A DNA stretch of 32,000 nt. Origin: an uncultured bacterium (GTDB lineage Bacteria > Babelota > Babeliae > Babelales > Babelaceae). The first letter of the stretch is position 1. Each line of letters begins with the position of its first letter. Position numbers and translations under genes: made by a program. Under the pieces are notes generated by a model. The model saw only the letters and a program-made list of their open reading frames with translations, ran no database searches and was not told where the DNA came from. Shown here one piece after another: positions 25,696-32,000 of the stretch. The stretch spans positions 370,154 through 402,153 of the forward strand of contig OY970209.1 of assembly GCA_963713855.1 (NCBI GenBank). Direction: 5' to 3'.

Positions 25696-25732
25696 TATAT
25701 ATTAAATATAGATACTATGTATAAATATATAT
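25696..25732. other. AT-rich tract (candidate DNA-unwinding element)
   Basis: TATATATTAAATATAGATACTATGTATAAATATATAT: 34 of 37 nt are A/T. Confidence 0.55.
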
Positions 25733-26027
25733 GGTTGCTAATAGCACAGGCTGAAAACCTGACAGATAAACCTCTAAAAGATGGTGGTGCTTTATTGCCT
25801 TTTTCCAGTTATGAGCTATACTGGCAAAGTATGCGATAAACGTGCTTTTTGGCATGTACGGCGAAAGGCTTAAGGAGTCTACGTCGTAAAGTGTGTGCGC
25901 TGGATGCTAAGTAAACCTAACTCTCAGGCAATCTCTAAAAATAGTTTTAAGTTAGGTCAAGTGTGATATACTTGATTAGCTCATAGAGCATGAGCTGTCT
26001 CAAGTATAGGTTACCCTAAGGAAAACT

Positions 26028-27086
26028 GTGCAATTATCACAGGTTATTGAAGAACTCGTCGAAGAAAAAGGTCTTGATCGCACCCTTCTCACGGACATTG
26101 TATGTGAAGGCATTTTGAGCGCCTATCTAAAAAAATACCCTACGGCAAAGCTGACTGTTTCCTACAATAGAAAGAGCGATGAGCTGGCTATTAATGCTGA
26201 AAAGAAAGTTGTGCAAACTGTTGTAGATGATCTGTTGGAGATAAGTTTAAGAAAAGCAAAAACATTTAACGAGAGTTCTCAACTGGGCGATGTCATACAG
26301 GTTCCCTTCCAAGAAAGTATCGGGCGAATCGAGATTTTAAGAGCTAAACAGATTATTGCCCAAAAGATCAAAGATGTTGAAGCAGAAATAATTTACAATC
26401 AGTTTAAGGACAAGCTTAATACCATCGTCCACGGTATCGTGCACAAGGCTGAAAGAGCTGGTGTGACGGTCAAGCTTAATGACGCCTTAGCATTTTTGCC
26501 AAAATCTCTCATGATACCGGGAGAAGAATGTTTGGTTGGGCACACGGTAAAAGCGCTTTTAAAAGAGGTTCTTGAAGAGCCAAGAAATGAAAATCAACTT
26601 ATTTTAGATCGCGTGTCTCCTCTTTTTGTGGCTAAATTGTTTGAACTCGAGATTCCAGAGGTCTTTGAGAAAATAGTAGAGATTAAAAAAATCGTAAGAA
26701 TCCCGGGATATAAATCGAAAATAGCCGTCATCTCCCACGACGAGAATATTGACCCGGTAGGTACATGTATCGGTGTTGGCGGAGCAAGAATCAAGCCTAT
26801 TTTACGCGAACTTAAGACTGAAAAAATTGATGTTATTAGATTTAGCAACTCTTTAGAAGAGCTTATTCGTGATGCTCTTAAGCCGGCAGTGGTAAATCGC
26901 ATACAAATTATCGATAATCAAAATGCTCAGGTGTGGCTTGATGATGACCAGAGGTCACTGGCCATTGGCAAATCAGGCCAAAATATAATACTTGCTTCAC
27001 AGCTTGTAGGGCTGACGATCCATTTAGTAAAAAATGAGCCGTCTACAGCGCTTGGCGAGCATTTAGAAGCAGAGCCTCAGGACTAA
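26028..27086 (+). CDS. nusA: transcription termination/antitermination factor NusA
   Basis: The N-terminal domain (L-x-VIEELVEEKGLDRTLL...AY), an S1-like segment and two KH segments (VGTCIGVGGARIKPI and LAIGKSGQNIILAS) are present. GTG start with AAGGA 5 nt upstream. It is followed by infB. Confidence 0.9.
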   Translation: MQLSQVIEELVEEKGLDRTLLTDIVCEGILSAYLKKYPTAKLTVSYNRKSDELAINAEKKVVQTVVDDLLEISLRKAKTFNESSQLGDVIQVPFQESIGRIEILRAKQIIAQKIKDVEAEIIYNQFKDKLNTIVHGIVHKAERAGVTVKLNDALAFLPKSLMIPGEECLVGHTVKALLKEVLEEPRNENQLILDRVSPLFVAKLFELEIPEVFEKIVEIKKIVRIPGYKSKIAVISHDENIDPVGTCIGVGGARIKPILRELKTEKIDVIRFSNSLEELIRDALKPAVVNRIQIIDNQNAQVWLDDDQRSLAIGKSGQNIILASQLVGLTIHLVKNEPSTALGEHLEAEPQD

Positions 27087-27113
27087 ACTGACTTGTAAAG
27101 GTACCAGCACATA

Positions 27114-29153
27114 ATGAGAGTTTACGAATTTGCCAAAAAATACAATCTCAGCAACAAGGATATACTGGTCTTTTTGCAAGAGAATGGATTTAAGATCCAA
27201 AGTCACATGGCAATGGTTCCGGCAGCAGCGCTAGAGCTTCTGACAAAAAAGTATGCTAAAGTCGAGGTTGCTTCCCCTACACCAAAACCTGCCAAAGCTC
27301 AAATTATCGAACAAAAACCGCCAAAAGAAGAAAAAAAACCAACTCCTCCTGCCCCACCAGTACCGCCTCAACCGACATTCAAACAACCGGCTAAGCCTCC
27401 GGCTAAAGAGATGCCGGCTAAGCAGGTAGCGCAACCCGAACCTATCGTTCAACCCGCAGCACCTGAAGGTATTCATCTGGAGCCAATGACGGTCAGTGAT
27501 TTTGCTATGCGAGCAAAAAAGCCCGTTGGTGACGTTATTCTTAACCTTTTGCGGCAGGGAACTGTGGCGGTAAAAAATCAAGTTATCAATGAAAAAGTGG
27601 TTGCACAGCTTGCGCGTTTTTATGGTCTTAAAATACTTGAAGAAGTGCAAAAAGTATCTCCAGCAGCACCTAAAAAAGATGTTGAAGGTGCTACTGAGGA
27701 AAGGTTGCCTGTTGTTGTCGTCATTGGACATGTCGATCATGGAAAAACAACCCTTCTCGATTTTATCAGAAAAACCCGTGTGGCAGCTAAAGAAAAGGGT
27801 GGGATTACTCAGCATTTGGGGGCATACGAGGCACATACTAAACAAGGTGATCTTGTCTTTTTGGATACTCCGGGTCACGCAGCTTTTACTAAAATGAGAG
27901 AAAGAGGCACACGCGTTGCCGATATTGCTGTCCTTGTTGTTGCCGCTGATGATGGTGTGATGCCACAAACTACGGAGGCTATTAAACAAGCTCAAGCTGC
28001 TAACATACCTTTAGTTGTTGCAATTAATAAGGTTGATAAAGCTTCGGCTGGGCAAATTGAAGCGGTAAAGCGTTCGTTAACTCAGTATGGACTTGTTCCT
28101 GAAGAATGGGGTGGTCCAACCATTTTTATGCCGATTTCCGCTAAATTTGGCACTGGAGTTGAAGAACTTCTTGATGTGCTCGTTTTGCAGTCAAAAGTTA
28201 TGGAGCTTACTGCGGCGCTTTTTGTACCGGCAAGGGGCTTCGTTCTTGAAGCAAAGCAAGAGAAAGGGCGTGGATCAGTTGCAACTGTCATTAATCAGCA
28301 TGGCATTTTGAAGGTGGGTGATACCTTCGTCACGAGCGCCGGAGTGACTGGTAAAGTTACGTCTTTAATCGATTCGTCAGGTAAACGTGTCAGGCAGGCA
28401 CACCCTTCTCAGCCCGTACAAGTTGCTGGTTTTGAAAGTTTGCCTCAGGCAGGTGACACGTTTGAAGTCGTTATGCCTGGCGAGATGAAGAAAATTAAGC
28501 AAGCAAGTCAAGGCCGCGTTTTGCACGTTACACGTCTGTCCCAAGATCATGGCATAAACGTTGTACTTAAGGTGGATAATGATTCTTCTCGAGAAGCTCT
28601 TTTAGGCGCCATTGAAAAGTTAAACGACAAGGCCTACCAAAAGATTAATGTCATCGCTGTTGGTATAGGTGCTATTTCTGAGAGTGACATTCAGCTTGCT
28701 GATGATACTCGTTCGACTGTTTATGGCTTTCATACCAAGGCCGACCCTTCTGCATTGGCTCTAGCTACAAAAACCGGCGTAATTATACATCAGTTCGATA
28801 TAATTTATCGCTTATTAGAGCATTTGGAGGCAATCACTAACGCTGGAAAACCTGTTAAAAAGATCGCAAAAAAGACGGGTGAGGCGATCATACTTAAGGT
28901 ATTTGATATCAAAAATATCGGTAAGGTCGCGGGTGGTCAGGTTAAATCTGGCAAGATTGTGAAAGATGGCAAGGTAACGGTATGGCGCTCAAAACATAAA
29001 GTTGGTGAAGGCACGATTAAAAGTTTACAGCGTGAGAAAAAGACCATAAAAGAGGCTCTTACGGGAATGGAATTTGCGTTTATGGTTGACGGATTTGATG
29101 ATTGGGTACCAGAAGACAGAGTTGAATGTTACCAAGAGGTACCTGAAGCTTAA
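27114..29153 (+). CDS. infB: translation initiation factor IF-2
   Basis: Pro/Lys-rich linker, then [21 protein letters not shown] and NKVD. The C-terminal domains and the position after nusA fit IF-2. Confidence 0.95.
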   Translation: MRVYEFAKKYNLSNKDILVFLQENGFKIQSHMAMVPAAALELLTKKYAKVEVASPTPKPAKAQIIEQKPPKEEKKPTPPAPPVPPQPTFKQPAKPPAKEMPAKQVAQPEPIVQPAAPEGIHLEPMTVSDFAMRAKKPVGDVILNLLRQGTVAVKNQVINEKVVAQLARFYGLKILEEVQKVSPAAPKKDVEGATEERLPVVVVIGHVDHGKTTLLDFIRKTRVAAKEKGGITQHLGAYEAHTKQGDLVFLDTPGHAAFTKMRERGTRVADIAVLVVAADDGVMPQTTEAIKQAQAANIPLVVAINKVDKASAGQIEAVKRSLTQYGLVPEEWGGPTIFMPISAKFGTGVEELLDVLVLQSKVMELTAALFVPARGFVLEAKQEKGRGSVATVINQHGILKVGDTFVTSAGVTGKVTSLIDSSGKRVRQAHPSQPVQVAGFESLPQAGDTFEVVMPGEMKKIKQASQGRVLHVTRLSQDHGINVVLKVDNDSSREALLGAIEKLNDKAYQKINVIAVGIGAISESDIQLADDTRSTVYGFHTKADPSALALATKTGVIIHQFDIIYRLLEHLEAITNAGKPVKKIAKKTGEAIILKVFDIKNIGKVAGGQVKSGKIVKDGKVTVWRSKHKVGEGTIKSLQREKKTIKEALTGMEFAFMVDGFDDWVPEDRVECYQEVPEA

Positions 29154-29165
29154 AAAAGAGGTCGG

Positions 29166-30260
29166 GTGATGTTAATGATGGGCATACGACTTTTGGGTGC
29201 TCTGGTCGTAGGTTTCTTTGCAAGCATTTATTTTGCTCCCGTGCTCATTAAGTTAGCTCATGCCTTCAACTTTCTCGATCGACCTAATGGTCAGCTTAAA
29301 AATCATGGACAACCCATTCCTTACGCCGGTGGACTTGTTGTCTATTTGGGCATGCTCGTGTCTTTGATGCTTTTTTTTCCCTTAAAAGAGACAAACACAT
29401 TCTTTTTGTTCGGCTCAACTTTCTTGCTCATGATAGGATTGATCGACGATTGCATTTCTTTAAGCCCATTTCAAAAAATGAGTGGTCAACTGCTTGCGAC
29501 TATTTGTTTTGTCAAAGGAGGGCTCTATCTTAAAGAAAAATTTCTCCTCGCGTATGATCATCCTCTTTCTTACTTTATCTGGATGTCCCTTTCCTCTTTT
29601 TGGATGCTCTCTATTATTAACGGCTTTAATCTTATAGATGTCATGGACGGCCTTGCCAGCGTGGTGGCCTTGATGGCATCCTTTAGTTTTTTGGGCATGG
29701 CTCTTCTTGCGGGAGCATATACCCCAGCATTTCTTCTTGTGGCGCTTTCAGGCTCTCTTCTTGGCTTTCTATGGTACAATAAGCCCCCCGCAAAAATGTA
29801 CTTAGGAGATGCTGGTGCATTATTTATAGGTGGTATCTTGGGGGCGGCTCCCTTTATGATTCCCTGGGGAACCTTTTCATTGTGCGGCTATTTTATTCCT
29901 GTGCTTATTTTGGCTATCCCTCTTCTCGAAATAGGTACGTTAATTCTCATACGTACTTATTTAAAAATACCTTTCTATAATGGAAGCCCGCATCATTTTT
30001 CACATTTCTTTAAAGCTCGCAGCTGGTCCATACACCAGATTTTAGCATATACTATCGCATTCTCCATTTTGCTCTCGATGGCAGGATTCCTCTTTGCTCT
30101 TCAGCACATTACTTTTGTTGCTTTTGTCTCATTGTCGCTTATTCTTGTTGCTTTTTGGTATTTTATGCTCCTTTTTTCCAGAATCGGCTTAAAGGGCTTT
30201 GTGTTGCCCGGCTTTCTTTTTCGGGCAAAAAGAAGCGATTTTTTTGAAAAAAGCCTTTAA
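29166..30260 (+). CDS. glycosyltransferase family 4 polyprenyl-phosphate sugar-1-phosphate transferase (WecA/MraY superfamily)
   Basis: FLDRPNGQLKNHGQPIPYAGGL (WecA-like), NGFNLIDVMDGLAS, MYLGDAGALFIGG and SPHHFSH. About 10 TM segments. The start may be GTG at 29166 or ATG at 29169. Confidence 0.85.
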   Translation: MMLMMGIRLLGALVVGFFASIYFAPVLIKLAHAFNFLDRPNGQLKNHGQPIPYAGGLVVYLGMLVSLMLFFPLKETNTFFLFGSTFLLMIGLIDDCISLSPFQKMSGQLLATICFVKGGLYLKEKFLLAYDHPLSYFIWMSLSSFWMLSIINGFNLIDVMDGLASVVALMASFSFLGMALLAGAYTPAFLLVALSGSLLGFLWYNKPPAKMYLGDAGALFIGGILGAAPFMIPWGTFSLCGYFIPVLILAIPLLEIGTLILIRTYLKIPFYNGSPHHFSHFFKARSWSIHQILAYTIAFSILLSMAGFLFALQHITFVAFVSLSLILVAFWYFMLLFSRIGLKGFVLPGFLFRAKRSDFFEKSL

Positions 30261-30427
30261 ATAAGCTATAATTTTGTTGTTGCTCTTTAATACTTCCGAA
30301 CTTTGGTTGTATTTTCGGGCTGCTTGAGAGAGAATGATCATGCCTCATCATTGATATCTCAAAATATCTGTGTCAACTCCTTTCCTTGAGCACATAGATA
30401 GTATTGGTTTAAAGGCGCTGCGTACAT

Positions 30428-30480
30428 CAGCGGTCAAGATTTGTCATGATCTTTCATGCGATCCTGGCCGCTGTTTTTTT
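30428..30480 (+). terminator. hairpin plus T7 run
   Basis: CAGCGGTC (30428-30435) pairs with GGCCGCTG (30466-30473), with one G-U pair, and is followed by TTTTTTT (30474-30480). The loop is 30 nt with an internal AAGAT/ATCTT pairing. Pairing is better on the plus strand than on the minus strand. Confidence 0.45.
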
Positions 30481-30494
30481 GAAAAAACGTTGAG

Positions 30495-31364
30495 CTATTT
30501 TACAAGGCTTCTTAAGAGGTCGATGTTTTGAGCGTACAGTCTTAGTGCGTCTTTAGCATAATTTTCGTACGGCGTCTCGAGAATTTTAGGCAGGGCTTTA
30601 AAGTGGTTATCGTTCATAAGTAGGCGGAAGGCTTCTATTCCTATTTTTCCCTTGCCGATCTGTTCATGACGGTCTACGTGCGAGCTTAGCTCTTTTTTGG
30701 AATCATTAAGGTGGAATGCTTTTAGGGATTTGATACCGATTATTTCGTCAAACTGTTTCCAAAAAGCGTGGTAGGTTTTGGGAGTAGTAAAATCATATCC
30801 TGCTGCAAAGCCGTGGCAGGTGTCAAAACATATTCCAGTGCGCTTTTTGTTTTCAATCGCATGTAGCATGAAAGCGAGTTCTTCTAGTGTTGAGCCGCAC
30901 ACGTTTCCTTGTCCTGCCATATTTTCAAGAAGAATCGCTGTCTTTCCAGGCTTTGAGCTTAAGGTTTCATTAATGCCCTCGGCTATAAGTTCGAGGCTTT
31001 GTTTTGGTGTTGTATCAGTTGCGGTTCCCGGGTGTAATACTAAATAGGGAATGCCGAGTTCTTCACATTGAATGATTTCTTTTTTGAGCATCTCTAGTGA
31101 GCGTGATCGAGTTTCTTTATTGCCAGATCCAAGATTTATAAGATAACTTGCATGGACGATGACGTAAGCTATTGGCGAGTCTGGCACGACCGCTTTATAT
31201 TCTTTTATTTGCTCAGCCGTTATATTTTTCATTGCCCACTGTCTATTGCTATGCAGAAATACTTGCATAGCAGTACAACCTATCGATTCAGCGTCTCTGA
31301 CAGCCTTTGGAAACCATCCACTTATTGAAATATGCGCTCCTAAAGGTTGTTCTTTAATACTCAC
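30495..31364 (-). CDS. nfo: endonuclease IV (AP endonuclease)
   Basis: LGAHISISG, VHASYLINL, VLHPG, ILLENMAGQG, CFDTCH and HLNDSK are the Nfo metal-ligand motifs in order. GTG start with AGGA upstream. Confidence 0.92.
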   Translation of the reverse strand: MSIKEQPLGAHISISGWFPKAVRDAESIGCTAMQVFLHSNRQWAMKNITAEQIKEYKAVVPDSPIAYVIVHASYLINLGSGNKETRSRSLEMLKKEIIQCEELGIPYLVLHPGTATDTTPKQSLELIAEGINETLSSKPGKTAILLENMAGQGNVCGSTLEELAFMLHAIENKKRTGICFDTCHGFAAGYDFTTPKTYHAFWKQFDEIIGIKSLKAFHLNDSKKELSSHVDRHEQIGKGKIGIEAFRLLMNDNHFKALPKILETPYENYAKDALRLYAQNIDLLRSLVK

Positions 31365-31435
31365 TTTTTTCCTCGCTTAATTGTAATTGACAAAGTAATT
31401 AGAACAAGTAAATTGTTATTTGTCTTCTAAAAATT

Positions 31436-32000
31436 ATGAAGATTATCTTTTCTGTTTTAGCAATGATTCTGGAGTCTGCGATGTGTCGCCGTGATAGTAG
31501 GGCACCGAGTGCTTTTCTTTTTACTAAAAGTCTTTTTATTTTTCTTGTTGTAGCGCAAAGTAATATCCCTGTGGATGCGAGGGCGGTTCCGCCGCTAGTG
31601 CCCTCTCCTTTTGTAAAGCCTCTTATTACGACAGATTCAATTCCTGCTCAAGGCGGGACTAATATATCTAAGACTACTTTTGATGATAAAGCAAGTAAAA
31701 AAGAGCAGCTTCCTAAGCATTCGTCAACCCCGTCAACCCCGCCCCAGGATGCCGGTAAAGATGACGCTATTGATGATAGGGTGAAAACTGAAAAGGGTTT
31801 TTTCAAACTTTCTTTTGGTGATAGCACCTTTGAAATTACCAATCGTCTACGTATAGAAAGTCTTTACGGACAAAATCTGCGTTTTCTAAATAACGAGAAT
31901 AATGAAGAAGACCCACAACTTGATAAGATAGCCTATCCTGGAAGGCACACATTAGATATATGGTTTTTATATACGTACGGTCAATTAAGCAAGGGTTATG
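31436..32000 (+). CDS. partial CDS running off the window: signal-peptide protein, possibly an outer-membrane beta-barrel
   Basis: My own translation in this frame is open from the ATG at 31436 to the window end (188 codons). It is not in the ORF track because it is incomplete. An alternative start at 31481 gives MCRRDSRAPSAFLFTKSLFIFLVVAQSNIPVDA|RA. A Pro/Ser/Thr linker is followed by alternating-pattern strands (FFKLSFGDSTFEITNRLRIESLYGQN). Confidence 0.6.
   Translation, partial: MKIIFSVLAMILESAMCRRDSRAPSAFLFTKSLFIFLVVAQSNIPVDARAVPPLVPSPFVKPLITTDSIPAQGGTNISKTTFDDKASKKEQLPKHSSTPSTPPQDAGKDDAIDDRVKTEKGFFKLSFGDSTFEITNRLRIESLYGQNLRFLNNENNEEDPQLDKIAYPGRHTLDIWFLYTYGQLSKGY

Noticed and set aside
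27231-27995. 254-aa ORF on the minus strand inside infB.
   Set aside because: It lies entirely antisense to the unambiguous IF-2 G-domain and Pro-rich linker. Its sequence is low-complexity (runs of F, R, W and C) with no start context. This is the usual shadow ORF opposite a long, stop-poor reading frame.
31648-31842. 64-aa minus-strand ORF near the right edge.
   Set aside because: It is antisense to a plus-strand frame that stays open for 188 codons to the window end and shows a signal peptide and beta-strand patterns.

Overview
Compact, moderately AT-rich bacterial chromosomal window. I call 28 protein-coding genes, one of them running off the right edge. I found no rRNA, tRNA, CRISPR array, transposase or phage genes.

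Housekeeping genes:
- Translation and RNA modification: rpsF-rpsR, typA, truA, rsmE, tsaB, nusA-infB.
- DNA repair: rnhB, ruvX, an Ogg2-type 8-oxoG glycosylase, a family-4 UDG, nfo.
- Envelope and transport: pgsA, a short comEC, a WecA/MraY-type GT4 transferase, a TVP38/DedA protein, an AGCS symporter, a fused M16 peptidase.

Interleaved with these are signal-peptide-bearing proteins with eukaryote-like or repeat architecture:
- a (GXY)6 collagen-like protein with a C1q/BclA-like head;
- a pentapeptide-repeat plus ankyrin protein;
- a 1107-aa protein with 21 beta-propeller blades and a C-terminal membrane anchor;
- two further ORFans.

This gene mix suggests a host-associated, uncultivated-type lineage. 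That is inference only; I cannot assign taxonomy from sequence by eye.

The strongest signal not explained by ORFs lies in the 660-bp gap between udg and nusA. It holds two oppositely oriented arrays of DnaA-box-like 9-mers at exact 11-bp phasing, a perfect TTATCCACA box, and a 37-nt tract that is about 92% AT. This is a candidate oriC with no dnaA or dnaN gene in the window.

Second-tier observations:
- All three proteins in the window that end in -EL (KTEL, DHEL, KKEL) are signal-peptide ORFans.
- The LexA-like XRE/S24 protein lacks the Ser nucleophile.
- A hairpin-rich ORF-free leader sits where rimP would normally precede nusA.

All functional calls rest on motif recognition by eye; no database search was run.
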